DNA of 54,403 bases from an uncultured Candidatus Bathyarchaeia archaeon (GTDB lineage Archaea; Thermoproteota; Bathyarchaeia; 40CM-2-53-6; CAVXDP01): the NCBI GenBank assembly GCA_964562925.1, contig CAZLVF010000006.1, positions 9,319 through 63,721 on the forward strand. Direction: 5' to 3'. The position numbers and the translations under genes were made by a program. This document shows, one piece after another, positions 1 through 10,144 of the stretch. Every line of letters begins with the position of its first letter. The stretch's first letter is position 1. The notes beneath the pieces are model-generated. The model was not told where the DNA came from and did no database searches. It saw only the letters and a list, made by a program, of their open reading frames with translations.

Positions 1-178
1 AGCGACCGATCTTTCCAAGATCTTGTATCGCTCTAGACCTTAGACACGTTCCTGAACCTCCAATAGGCTCCGCCGTGACATTCTCACAACCAGGTTGCTC
101 TGTAAGCCAACGCATAGGTGTCTTACAGAGTCCCCTACTGCATCGAGGAGTCATAAAGGGAGCTAATATGAATAGGGT

Positions 179-1300
179 TTACCGCTTTTCTATTGGAACA
201 TATTCAAGGTTAAGAACTCCCACGTAGTCTCCCAGCGGCCGTATCAGCCGGTTCAGCTCGTATTGCTCGATAATCTGGGCGGTCCAGCCGGCCATTCGGC
301 TGCACGCGAACATCGTAGTAAACATGTCGACTGGAATCCCAAGTGCATAGTAGAGTGTTGCTGAGTAGAAGTCCATGTTTGCGTAAAGGCCTTTAACTTT
401 GAAAACGGTCTCTTCCAACTTCCTCGAAAGATCAAACCAGTGCAAGTTCTTCGTCTTCTCACATAGTGTCTCAGAGAGATCTCGGAGGTATGTGACTCTT
501 GGATCCTCGCCCATGTAGACCCTGTGACCGAAGCCAGGAATCTTCCTCGCGTTCTTGAGTGAATTCTTTACGTATTCGGTCACCTTCTCTTCGTCTTTGA
601 TGTCGAGAAGCATCTCCATAACCTTCTGGTTTGCTCCGCCATGAATCGTTCCTTTGAGTGTCCCGACCGCGGTTGTCAGGGCGGCATAGATGTCTGATTG
701 CGCTGAAGCTGTCACTCTTGCTGCGAAGGTTGAGGCGTTCAAGCCATGGTCAGCGTGAAGGACCCAGCAGATATCTAGAGCCCGAGCATCCTCGTCATCC
801 GGCCTAGTTCCTTTAAGCATGAATAGGAAATTTGCCGCGTGCCCAAGCTTAGGATCTGGCTCTATTGGTAGGCGTGAGTTTCTAATATGGTTATGAGTGG
901 TGACGATAGTCGGTGCTTGAGTGATCAGCTCAACCGCCATCTCCATAAGAGGCTCCCGGGTGATATCTTTCGCTTTCTGGTCGAACATGGCCATGGCTGA
1001 TATCGCTGTTCTGAGAACGTCCATTGGAGGTGCCGAATGGGGAACTGCTCCTATCAGAGTAACCACGCCCGCAGGTATCCTCCGGTTTACGACCATCTTA
1101 CGCTTGAACTCATCGAGCTGCGTTCTAGTTGGCAGTGAACCATATAGTAGAAGGTAGGCGACCTCTTCGTAGTTACTATGATCCGCCAGAGAGCATATAT
1201 CGATGCCCCGATAGACCAGTCGATTCTCTACGCCATCAACGAAGCTTATCTTCGTCTCAATTTCGGAGGGTTCCTCGAGTCTACGCTTCGCTGAGCCCAA
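179..1300 (-). CDS. gltA: citrate synthase
   Basis: 373-aa ORF with citrate synthase family motifs (GTIHGGANQKVMEML, GFGHRVY, TMFACSRMAGW). The start at 1298-1300 is TTG. Confidence 0.9.
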   Translation of the reverse strand: MGSAKRRLEEPSEIETKISFVDGVENRLVYRGIDICSLADHSNYEEVAYLLLYGSLPTRTQLDEFKRKMVVNRRIPAGVVTLIGAVPHSAPPMDVLRTAISAMAMFDQKAKDITREPLMEMAVELITQAPTIVTTHNHIRNSRLPIEPDPKLGHAANFLFMLKGTRPDDEDARALDICWVLHADHGLNASTFAARVTASAQSDIYAALTTAVGTLKGTIHGGANQKVMEMLLDIKDEEKVTEYVKNSLKNARKIPGFGHRVYMGEDPRVTYLRDLSETLCEKTKNLHWFDLSRKLEETVFKVKGLYANMDFYSATLYYALGIPVDMFTTMFACSRMAGWTAQIIEQYELNRLIRPLGDYVGVLNLEYVPIEKR

Positions 1301-1485
1301 TAGTGTTCAGCAACCAAGTTCCAGTACGTACCTCATGGATCGCCGTATAAGTACTACGTTTAGGTCAGCTATTTTCCAGGCGATTCAGTCAACGAACTTG
1401 AGGTCGAGAACTGGAGAGTTATTAATAAGGCTAGGGCCGCACTATCTATAGTTGCAGGGGCGAGGGTGAAACGATAGAAGCATCT

Positions 1486-1626
1486 TTGAAACCGGCTCAC
1501 GTTTGCCCAAAATGTGGCAGCGAACTCACACTCTTCTCAAGCGACACGGTTCGTACAAGATACTATTGTAGAAGCTGCAAGTCTTTTGTCAGTTTTCCCA
1601 GAACAGTGACAGAAACGAAAGCTTGA
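1486..1626 (+). CDS. small zinc-ribbon protein (46 aa, hypothetical)
   Basis: Hand-translated ORF below the track cutoff: (TTG)MKPAHVCPKCGSELTLFSSDTVRTRYYCRSCKSFVSFPRTVTETKA. It has CPxC...CxxC spacing typical of a zinc ribbon. There is no convincing SD sequence and the start codon is non-ATG. Confidence 0.3.
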   Translation: MKPAHVCPKCGSELTLFSSDTVRTRYYCRSCKSFVSFPRTVTETKA

Positions 1627-1789
1627 AGGTTAAGCCTTACCGCGAGCACTGGGCTTTGAACACGCTGGGTCCGATTAGCAGCAGCTTCCCATCTCAGCTT
1701 CGTTACAAAAGGGTCTGATCTTCGGATTTTTACCAAAACGTTTTTGAGACCGGGTTGGCTTCGGTTGATGGAGGAAAGATCGTAAGGTC

Positions 1790-2170
1790 ATGACGTATCT
1801 CGACGTGATCCCAACGTTCGAGATCGCACTCTACGCGTTTGTAGCAGTACTCTTTCTTGTCACCGGCTTCCTCAACTTGAAGGATCTCCAAGCTACTCGC
1901 GAAGAGAAGTGGACGCGACAGGATACAGTAGCCCTGACGCTTCGAACACTCTTCTTCTCGTTTCTGCTAAACTTTCTGTTGATAGTATTAGTTAACGGTG
2001 CGATCCTAGCGTTCACAACAATCTTCAGCTCTACGTTCTCATTCAGGCAGGTTCTACCCTTGGTCCTAACCTCGCTTGAGTTCTCGTTTGCGATGCTCTT
2101 CGTGACTGGCGTGGTCTATGGAATAGCCAAATGGAAGGATTGGTATGATCTCATCGATGCAGAAGACTGA
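1790..2170 (+). CDS. small polytopic membrane protein (hypothetical)
   Basis: 126-aa ORF with three to four long hydrophobic stretches (e.g. IALYAFVAVLFLVTGFL, LFFSFLLNFLLIVLVNGAILAFTTIF, FSFAMLFVTGVVYGI). Its 3' end overlaps the start of the next ORF. Confidence 0.55.
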   Translation: MTYLDVIPTFEIALYAFVAVLFLVTGFLNLKDLQATREEKWTRQDTVALTLRTLFFSFLLNFLLIVLVNGAILAFTTIFSSTFSFRQVLPLVLTSLEFSFAMLFVTGVVYGIAKWKDWYDLIDAED

Positions 2171-4889
2171 GCAGAACCAAGAGTTCAAGTATTGGTGGGT
2201 TCGACGGCCGGTCACAAGAAAGCTGCTGAGCGTTCCACTCTATTTTACCACCAGAAACTATCGGCTATGGCGTAACGCAAGATTGACACCACGCAAACTT
2301 CGAAGGTTGATACGCGCTATAGATGAGAAGTTCCCGAAGACGCGGGAGCAGCTCATTGGAAGAGACAATGAATACCAACAGATTATGTCGAGTATCAGCT
2401 TTCACGTGGTAAGAGACCCGTACGTGCGAGACATCTTTCGAAACGCGCCACCTCCAAAATTCTTTATCCTGAAAGGTTCCAGCGGCACTGGAAAGTCTCT
2501 CTTAGCTGAGGTGTGCATAAGGGAAGGAGTCATACATGGGGTAAAGAATGGCGTAAACGTTCAGCCGATGTCTATAAGGGGATCCGACGTCTTCGACCCG
2601 TACTACGGCCAGTCCGCGAGAAACTTGGCAAGTATCTTCGACAACGCGTTCAAAACCCCTACGATCCTGTTCGTCGACGAGTTCGAGAGCTTCGGAAAGA
2701 AAGTCGACAAGAACGCCTCGACGCTTGTACAGTCCGAGGACTTACGTGTCCAGAGTATATTCATCAGCAGTCTAAGAAGAATACTGGATACAAAGGTCAG
2801 AGCGGCAGCGATAGTTGCCACTAACATGTTCGAATCGATAAGAGAAGACGTTAGAAGACGTGCCTTTGTAGTAGACCTTGATCAAAACGTAAACCGTGAG
2901 ATGCTCCTAGCGATCCTTACGTCTGAGCTTCAAAACTTTGGATGGAACTATCTCGACGCTGAACAAGTTATGGTAACGCTTGAAAAAGCCGTAAGCGTCT
3001 ACAGGCAGACGCAGCTGACACCCTTCGATATTGTTGATGCATGCTACAAAGTCAGGAACAAGAAGATAGAACCGCTGCGACAGAGCCTCTTTGTAAGGTT
3101 TGAGGAGCGAAGCAAGGCCCTCCGAACGTACAAGGTTACGCTTGAAGACTTTGAGCTGGCGGCGAGAGAACTTCGAGGCTACGTCGAGACCGAGAAGAGC
3201 AGCGAAGTCATGAGCTCCATCCTGAAGATTAAACCTTCCATCACATATGATGACGTGGGCGGTCTATTCGGAGTGAAGGAGAGGATCTTCAAGGCTATCT
3301 CTCTAAGCCTCCGACCTGATCTGGTGAACAAGCTTGGATGGATACCGCCGAAAGGGTTCATACTCTGGGGCGAACCGGGATGTGGAAAGACACACATTTC
3401 AAAGGCTATAGCAAGAGAGAATGGCGCCGCGTTCTTCTACGCTCCGGCAGCACAGCTATTGATTAATGCCAAGTGGGTTGGCGAACCGGAGAAGAACGTC
3501 AAGGATCTGTTCGCCATAGCTAGAAAGACTGCTCCGAGCGTGATCTTCTTCGATGAATTCGATATAATCGCTGGAAAGAGAAAGGGCGATCCCGTAGGAG
3601 ATAAGATAACCGCGCAGATACTTACCGAACTTGACGGTCTTCAGCCCTTAGAGAACGTAATCGTAATCGCCGCCACAAACAAGCCTGAGATGGTTGACGA
3701 TGCTGTTCTTAACAGGGTCGAGCCCAATATCCTCGAGATACCCCTGCCAAAGAACGATGAAGAAAGATTTGACATAGTCGAGATTCATCTCAAACAGAAT
3801 GTGGCTCACCTACATCCAGAAGTGACGACGAAGAAAGTTCTTAGCGTCATGAAGCAACATCGTGTAGTATCGCCTAGGGTGATGGCGGAGATCATACGGG
3901 AAGCCAACCGCTTAAGATCTCAAGAGATAGTATCCGCATGGGAGACTCACAAGGGAGATAGCGAATACAGGTTACGTGCAGCAAAGATGTTCAAAGAAGA
4001 CCTTCAGAGACTTGGAGAAGTCCTAGATATGTGTGGACGAATGGGAGAACAGGTGATCTCCGAAGAGGAAGTATCCAGCGACAACTACAAGATCCGTCTC
4101 TATCACTTTGAGAAGGCGGCGCTACAGCTTGAGCAAGACCTTGACAAAGAGTTGATGGAAGCCCAAGAAAGCCTGATGCTCGATAAGCCTCAGAAGGGCA
4201 TCGCCTACGGTGTAGGAACAGACCCCCAAGGAAGACGTGGAATCATCCTAGTAGTAGAATGCACTGTTAACAAACAAGGCACAGGCAGAGTAAGTGTAAC
4301 GGGCGCAGCAAAGACGGCGGTTCTTGGTCCGGCAACAGCGGTCGAAGATGTGAGTGTAGTCGAGAGCGCAACGAATGTTGTCGAATATATACGAAACCAT
4401 CTGCGGGAAAAATTGAAACTTGACATATCCAAGTATGACTTCACGTTCCAAGTCATCAGCCCACTAGAAGGCGCAGCCGGTATGGGGGTGAGCGGCCCAA
4501 GCCTAGGAGTAGCATTCAGCGTAGCAGCCATATCTGAATTATCCGGCATACCGGTCGAACCTACGGTTGTGATGACGGGCAAAGGCGACATAAAAGGAAA
4601 CGTTGGGCCTGTCGGCGGAGTAGGATGGAGGGGAGCAGGAAAATTCCTCGCAGCAACACGGACAAAGAAGATCAAGGTTCAGAAGTTCCTTCTTCCAGAG
4701 TGGAACTATGAAAAGTCGGCAGATGAATGGGAAGTTCTCGAAGAGAAGAAGATTAGCGTAGTTCCTGTAAGATCCCAGATAGAGGTGTGGGAGCATGCCC
4801 TAGGTGTGAAGGAGGGCCAGATAATCCGGACGCTCGACTTGAACATAAACACACCAAGAGTTGAGGTAAAGGAATTACACTCGATCTAG
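2145..4889 (+). CDS. tandem AAA ATPase fused to a Lon-type (S16-like) protease domain
   Basis: 914-aa ORF. AAA module 1 has Walker A GSSGTGKS (aa 111-118, nt 2475-2498), Walker B ILFVDEFE and IVATN. AAA module 2 has GEPGCGKT (aa 409-416, nt 3369-3392), VIFFDEFD and IAATNKP. The C-terminal ~200 aa resemble the Lon protease domain: GVSGPSLGVAF (Ser786, nt 4500-4502) and MTGKGDIKGNVGPVGGVGWRGAGKFLAA (Lys833). Confidence 0.85.
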   Translation: MISSMQKTEQNQEFKYWWVRRPVTRKLLSVPLYFTTRNYRLWRNARLTPRKLRRLIRAIDEKFPKTREQLIGRDNEYQQIMSSISFHVVRDPYVRDIFRNAPPPKFFILKGSSGTGKSLLAEVCIREGVIHGVKNGVNVQPMSIRGSDVFDPYYGQSARNLASIFDNAFKTPTILFVDEFESFGKKVDKNASTLVQSEDLRVQSIFISSLRRILDTKVRAAAIVATNMFESIREDVRRRAFVVDLDQNVNREMLLAILTSELQNFGWNYLDAEQVMVTLEKAVSVYRQTQLTPFDIVDACYKVRNKKIEPLRQSLFVRFEERSKALRTYKVTLEDFELAARELRGYVETEKSSEVMSSILKIKPSITYDDVGGLFGVKERIFKAISLSLRPDLVNKLGWIPPKGFILWGEPGCGKTHISKAIARENGAAFFYAPAAQLLINAKWVGEPEKNVKDLFAIARKTAPSVIFFDEFDIIAGKRKGDPVGDKITAQILTELDGLQPLENVIVIAATNKPEMVDDAVLNRVEPNILEIPLPKNDEERFDIVEIHLKQNVAHLHPEVTTKKVLSVMKQHRVVSPRVMAEIIREANRLRSQEIVSAWETHKGDSEYRLRAAKMFKEDLQRLGEVLDMCGRMGEQVISEEEVSSDNYKIRLYHFEKAALQLEQDLDKELMEAQESLMLDKPQKGIAYGVGTDPQGRRGIILVVECTVNKQGTGRVSVTGAAKTAVLGPATAVEDVSVVESATNVVEYIRNHLREKLKLDISKYDFTFQVISPLEGAAGMGVSGPSLGVAFSVAAISELSGIPVEPTVVMTGKGDIKGNVGPVGGVGWRGAGKFLAATRTKKIKVQKFLLPEWNYEKSADEWEVLEEKKISVVPVRSQIEVWEHALGVKEGQIIRTLDLNINTPRVEVKELHSI

Positions 4890-4989
4890 CCAAGTCTCAA
4901 CCTTCGACAGACAAAACCTTCCCCTGTGAATCAGAGTAAAACTTAAATCTACTCTCATGACGCTTTTGACCCGAAAAGGTGAGCTATGA

Positions 4990-6630
4990 ATGTCTTATCT
5001 TACAGGTCAACCTGTTCTAATTCTGAAGGAGGGCGCCTCCAGGAGCAGAGGCAGAGACGCCCAAAGAACAAACATGATGGCCGCAAGGGTTGTTGCCGAT
5101 GTTGTGAAGAGCACCCTAGGCCCTCGTGGAATGGACAAGATGCTTGTTGACACTCTGGGCGATGTTACCGTGACTAATGACGGAGCCACGGTTCTCGACG
5201 AGATCGATGTCCAAAACCCGTCTGCTAAGATGATGGTGGAAGTTGCCAAGACACTGGACAAAGAGGTTGGTGATGGAACAACTACAGCTGTCATTTTGGC
5301 AGGCGAACTTTTGAAGAGGGCTGAGGAACTGCTCGATCAGGATGTTCATCCAACAACCATCGTTGCGGGATACAAGAAGGCAGCTGAAAAAGCGATCCAA
5401 GAGTTAAACGAGATAGCTACCGCCGTAAGCCTTGATGATAGGGCCACCCTGAAGAAAGTGGCTGTAACGTCCATGCTTGGAAAAGATCTCGGTGGAGCAC
5501 GGGAACACTTTGCAGACATAGCCATAGACGCGGTACGGCAGGTTACGGAGAAAAGGGGTACATCCATTTTCGCGGATATTGATAACGTCCAACTTGTGAA
5601 GAAGGAAGGAAAGAGCCTTCTCGACACAAGCTTGATCAAGGGAATAATAGTTGACAAGGAAGTGGTTCATCCGGGGATGGCGAAGACTGTGAAGAACCCA
5701 AAGATGGCTCTGCTAGACTGTGCGCTCGAAATAGAAAAGACAGAGATTAGCGCCGAGATCCGAATTAGAGATCCGACTCAAATGAAGGCTTTCCTAGACG
5801 AAGAGACGAGAATGATGAAGGAGATGGTAGACAAGATTAAGGCTTCCGGAGCTACGGTCGTACTCTGCCAGAAGGGAATAGACGACGCGGCACAGCATTT
5901 CTTGGCTAAAGAAGGGATCATGGCTGCTAGGCGAGTGAAGAAATCGGATATAGAGAAGCTTGCTAGGGCCACAGGTGGAAAGATAGTTACAAACTTGGAT
6001 GATCTGAAACCTGGCGACCTTGGAAATGCTGAGCTGGCCGAGGAACGTAGAATAGGCGATGACAAGAACATCTTCATAGAAGGATGCAAGGATCCAAAAT
6101 CGGTCTCCGTTCTTATCAGAGCAGGCTTGGAAAGGCTTGTGGACGAAGCTGAAAGATCGCTCAAGGACGGTCTATACGTCGTAGCTGATATTGTGAACAA
6201 GAACAAGGTCGTCGTCGGAGGCGGAGCGGTTGAAACAGAACTGGCGAAGAGGCTGAGAGACTACGCAGCCAAGATCGGTGGAAGAGAGCAGCTCGCAATC
6301 GAATCGTTCGCAGACTCAATGGAGATAGTGCCCAGAACGCTAGCTGAGAACTCAGGCCTCGACCCGATCGATATAATGGTCGACCTGAGAGCCGCACACG
6401 AAAAGAAAGACGGAATCAACATTGGAGTAGACGCCCTAAGCGGAGGCGTGAGAGACATGGAGAAACAGGACATCCTAGAACCTTTAAGAATGAAAGAGCA
6501 AGTGGTCAAGTCCGCTACTGAAGCAGCTAGCATGATATTGAGGATAGACGACGTTATCGCTGCAGCTAAACCGCCACCAATGCCAAAGGGTGGACCACCC
6601 GGCGGACCGGGTGGAATGGGAATGGAGTAA
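4990..6630 (+). CDS. thsA: thermosome subunit (group II chaperonin)
   Basis: 546-aa ORF with the group II chaperonin signature ([35 protein letters not shown]) and a GGMGME C-terminal tail. AGGTGA lies 8 nt upstream of the ATG. Confidence 0.95.
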   Translation: MSYLTGQPVLILKEGASRSRGRDAQRTNMMAARVVADVVKSTLGPRGMDKMLVDTLGDVTVTNDGATVLDEIDVQNPSAKMMVEVAKTLDKEVGDGTTTAVILAGELLKRAEELLDQDVHPTTIVAGYKKAAEKAIQELNEIATAVSLDDRATLKKVAVTSMLGKDLGGAREHFADIAIDAVRQVTEKRGTSIFADIDNVQLVKKEGKSLLDTSLIKGIIVDKEVVHPGMAKTVKNPKMALLDCALEIEKTEISAEIRIRDPTQMKAFLDEETRMMKEMVDKIKASGATVVLCQKGIDDAAQHFLAKEGIMAARRVKKSDIEKLARATGGKIVTNLDDLKPGDLGNAELAEERRIGDDKNIFIEGCKDPKSVSVLIRAGLERLVDEAERSLKDGLYVVADIVNKNKVVVGGGAVETELAKRLRDYAAKIGGREQLAIESFADSMEIVPRTLAENSGLDPIDIMVDLRAAHEKKDGINIGVDALSGGVRDMEKQDILEPLRMKEQVVKSATEAASMILRIDDVIAAAKPPPMPKGGPPGGPGGMGME

Positions 6631-6644
6631 AGGAGGGGATATAG

Positions 6645-8306
6645 ATGGCAGAAGCCATACCTGCAACCATAAGCGGTCAACCTGTACTAATCCTCAAGGA
6701 AGGAACTCAACGAACCCGAGGTAAAGAAGCGCAGAGAGCGAACATAATGGCAGCCAAAGTTGTTGCCGAGGCTGTGAAGACGTCGCTCGGACCTCGAGGA
6801 ATGGACAAGATGCTCGTCGCCAGCTTTGGAGACGTTACAATCACAAACGATGGAGCAACCATACTCAAAGAAATGGAGGTTCAACACCCAACAGCCAAGA
6901 TGATGGTCGAGGTAGCTAAGACAACGGACGATGAGGTGGGCGATGGAACTACCAGCGCCGTAGTCCTAACCGGCGAACTTGTAAGCAAAGCTGAAGAGCT
7001 GATCAACAAGGACGTACACCCGACGGTGATAGTTGACGGTTATAGACGCGCCCAAGAGAGGGCCTTGCAGATATTGAACGAGGTAGCAGTGAAAGTCGAC
7101 CCGAACGATAGGGAGACGCTGAAGAAGATCGCGAAAATTGCCATGGCTACCAAGCTCATATCGGAGAGCAGAGATCCTATGGCGGACATAGCTGTGGACG
7201 CTATGCTCCAAGTTGCAGAGAAGACCCCTGAAGGCTACAAAGTCGACGTGGAAGATGTGAAGGTCGAGAAGAAGGCTGGAGAATCCCTAACCGAGACAAA
7301 ACTGATTCAGGGCGTAGTCTTGGACAAAGAAGTCGTCCATCCAGGAATGCCAAAGAGGGTTGAGGATGCCAAGATTGCACTACTGAACTGCGCGCTCGAG
7401 GTTGAGAAGACAGAGTTCGATGCAAAAATCAACATTCAGAATCCTGAGGAGATGAAAGCCTTCCTCGACGAGGAGGAGAAGATTTTGCGAGACATGGTCG
7501 AGAAGGTGGCTAAGTCAGGCGCGAACGTCCTCATCTGCCAGAAAGGCATCGACGACGTAGTGCAACACTTCTTAGCAAAGAAGAACATTCTAGCGGTTCG
7601 GAGAGCTAGCGAGAAAGATATGGAGAAACTGGCAAGAGCATCCGGAGCAAAAATAGTAACCAACCTAGACGATCTAAACCCAGAAGACCTAGGCTACGCG
7701 AAACTCGTCGAGGAGAGAAAGATCGCAGATGACAAGATGACCTTCGTAGAAGGATGCAAGAACGCCAGAGCCGTTGCGATCCTGATCAGAGGAGGAACCC
7801 AAAGGTTCGTGGACGAAGCCGAGAGATCACTCCACGACGCCCTCTGCGTCGTAAGAGACGTTATCCGCGACCCCAGAGTCGTTGCAGGCGGAGGCGCTGT
7901 CGAAGTTGAACTGGCAAGCCAGCTAAAACGATGGGCAGGGAAACTATCGGGAAGAGAACAACTCGCTGTGCTCGCCTTCGCTGAGGCGTTAGAAGGTCTT
8001 CCTCTAATACTTGCGGAGAACGCAGGCCTCGACCCATTGGATATTATAGTTGAACTCAGAGCTAGCCACGAGAAAGGCCAGAGATGGTTTGGAGTCGACC
8101 CGTTCGAAGGGAAGGTCAAGGACATGATGAAAGATAACGTCGTGGAACCGGCGGCTGTGAAAGAGCAGATACTGAAATCAGCCAGCGAAGCTGCCTCTAT
8201 GCTACTGAAAATAGATGATATAGTAGCTTCTGGGAAAGCGAGAGAAGAAGCGAGACCGCCGAAAGGACCCGAGGAAGAGGGCGAGAGAGGCTCGGAGTTC
8301 GACTAG
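6645..8306 (+). CDS. thsB: thermosome subunit, paralogue (group II chaperonin)
   Basis: 553-aa ORF carrying the same signature set ([35 protein letters not shown]). Its tail is acidic ([11 protein letters not shown]) instead of GGM. It starts 14 nt after thsA. Confidence 0.95.
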   Translation: MAEAIPATISGQPVLILKEGTQRTRGKEAQRANIMAAKVVAEAVKTSLGPRGMDKMLVASFGDVTITNDGATILKEMEVQHPTAKMMVEVAKTTDDEVGDGTTSAVVLTGELVSKAEELINKDVHPTVIVDGYRRAQERALQILNEVAVKVDPNDRETLKKIAKIAMATKLISESRDPMADIAVDAMLQVAEKTPEGYKVDVEDVKVEKKAGESLTETKLIQGVVLDKEVVHPGMPKRVEDAKIALLNCALEVEKTEFDAKINIQNPEEMKAFLDEEEKILRDMVEKVAKSGANVLICQKGIDDVVQHFLAKKNILAVRRASEKDMEKLARASGAKIVTNLDDLNPEDLGYAKLVEERKIADDKMTFVEGCKNARAVAILIRGGTQRFVDEAERSLHDALCVVRDVIRDPRVVAGGGAVEVELASQLKRWAGKLSGREQLAVLAFAEALEGLPLILAENAGLDPLDIIVELRASHEKGQRWFGVDPFEGKVKDMMKDNVVEPAAVKEQILKSASEAASMLLKIDDIVASGKAREEARPPKGPEEEGERGSEFD

Positions 8307-8317
8307 AACCACCCTCA

Positions 8318-8330
8318 TCTCTTTTTTTGA
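8318..8330 (+). terminator. oligo-T tract after the thermosome operon
   Basis: A run of 7 T residues at 8323-8329 (ctctttttttg) sits 17 nt after the stop codon. Archaeal termination commonly uses oligo-T tracts. Confidence 0.35.
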
Positions 8331-8682
8331 AGCTTGCACTATCCTGTTTTCAATCTCTTTCGGATTGTCTAGCACAATTGTGACCAGTCTTATCTATTAT
8401 CAGCAAACCTTGCTACAGTTTCTTTTTGGTACCTGACCCAATACTTGTCATACGGCTGCCGTCAGGACCTTGAAACCTGGCCAACTGGCTTTGTGCTTGG
8501 ACGAAGGGGCCACGCTTTCTCTGTGCAGATCTTGTTGCGAACCGAATCGCTTTTGCAATAGAGGGAATACTAGTCTCTTGATCCAAGCTACCGTGCTAAG
8601 AGACTAGCTCTACAGCGCAATGAAATATACAATAGAAAGAAGGGTATCCGGATTTGCGCGAAGCTAGTTCGGCTTTGGAGAT

Positions 8683-9990
8683 CTAAGACACGTATCTAGG
8701 AACTTCTATCTTCTCCGGCTTGTACTCGACGAGTTTTCCCGCTAGAAAACTCTCGTATGCTGAGAGGTCCAGTAGACCGTGGCCGCAGTTATTGAAGGCT
8801 ATAACCTTCTTTTCACCAGTCTTCTTGCATCTGAGAGCCTCATCGATGGCATATTTCACATTGTGCGCAGTCTCCGGGGCTGTGATCATCCCCTCGGTTT
8901 GAGCAAGTATTCGAGCCGCTTCAAAGACCTCCTTCTGTTCGTAGGCCACGGGCCTCATGTGTCCCTTATTAATCAGGTAGGATATCGATGGAGCCATCCC
9001 GTGGTATCTCAAACCGCCGGAGTAGATCGGTGGACATGCATATCCATGGCCGAGGGTCAGCATCTTCAAGAGCGGTGTGATCTCAGCCGTATCGCCGAAG
9101 TCGTAGGTGTACGTTCCTCTCGTTGTATGCGGTACGGCTGTAGCCTCGCAGGCTATGAACTCCGTATCCCTCTTCCCTTTCAGCTTATCCATCATGAACG
9201 GGAAGCTGAAACCGGCGAAGTTAGATCCTCCCCCCACACATCCACAGATTAAATCTGGATAGACACCAATCATATCAAACTGTTTCTTCGCTTCCTGTCC
9301 CACGATGGTTTGGTGCATTAAGACGTGATTCAACACTGAGCCTAGACAGTATCTCGTGTCCTCACGTGAAAGTGTATCCTCCAAAGCTTCGCTGATCGCT
9401 ATTCCGAGCGTACCAGGGTGATTGGGGTCTTTTTCAAGGAGACTCCTTCCGTATTTTGTCTGGTTGCTAGGTGAAGGAAAGATCTCTGCTCCCCAAGTCT
9501 CCGCCATTGTACGTCTCCCGGGCTTTTGCTGATAGCTGACTCTAACCATGTAGAGTCGACATTTCAATCCAAAAAGTGAACTCGCCATAGCAAGTGCGGT
9601 TCCCCATTGCCCCGCACCCGTCTCTGTTGCGAGCCTCTCGATGCCTTGAGCCTTGTTATAGTAGGCCTGAGCTATCGCTGTGTTCGGTTTGTGGCTTCCG
9701 GTCGAGCTCAGGTACTCGCACTTGTAGTATATCTGCGCTGGAGTTTTCAGATAGGCTTCAAGTCTCTTCGCCCTGTAGAGCGGAGTCGGCCGAAGGCCGC
9801 GACGATACGCTTCTTGAACCTCATCTGGGATCTTGATGAAACGCTCGTTTGAGACTTCTTGGAGGATTAGCTCCTTAGCAAAGATCCGCATGAGCAAAGA
9901 TGGGTCTACGGGTTTGAGCGTTTTGGGGTCCAGAGGTGGAGGTAGCGGCTCAGGAAGGTCCGCTTGAATATTGTACCACGAGGTTGGCAT
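8683..9990 (-). CDS. trpB2: TrpB2-type tryptophan synthase beta-like PLP enzyme
   Basis: Contains WYNIQADLPEPLPPPLDP, the PLP-lysine motif GSHKPNTA and GGGSNFAG, all typical of the TrpB2 clade. The first ATG is at 9990. The ORF stays open to a TTG at 10155, but that extension would overlap the divergent ACT gene. Conservation (VFLDPDDMPTSWYNI) begins a few codons upstream of the ATG, so the true start is uncertain. Confidence 0.85.
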   Translation of the reverse strand: MPTSWYNIQADLPEPLPPPLDPKTLKPVDPSLLMRIFAKELILQEVSNERFIKIPDEVQEAYRRGLRPTPLYRAKRLEAYLKTPAQIYYKCEYLSSTGSHKPNTAIAQAYYNKAQGIERLATETGAGQWGTALAMASSLFGLKCRLYMVRVSYQQKPGRRTMAETWGAEIFPSPSNQTKYGRSLLEKDPNHPGTLGIAISEALEDTLSREDTRYCLGSVLNHVLMHQTIVGQEAKKQFDMIGVYPDLICGCVGGGSNFAGFSFPFMMDKLKGKRDTEFIACEATAVPHTTRGTYTYDFGDTAEITPLLKMLTLGHGYACPPIYSGGLRYHGMAPSISYLINKGHMRPVAYEQKEVFEAARILAQTEGMITAPETAHNVKYAIDEALRCKKTGEKKVIAFNNCGHGLLDLSAYESFLAGKLVEYKPEKIEVPRYVS

Positions 9991-10144
9991 ATCATCAGGG
10001 TCGAGGAATACGGCGTAATCAGATGCTAGTTCGCTCGTTTTCAGCTTGATTAGTCTCCGCGCCGTGGAAAGGCGACCGCATAGATACCTTGCGGTAGTAT
10101 TTAATACTTTAGCGTACAAAATCGATCGTTGGGACAGATCATCC

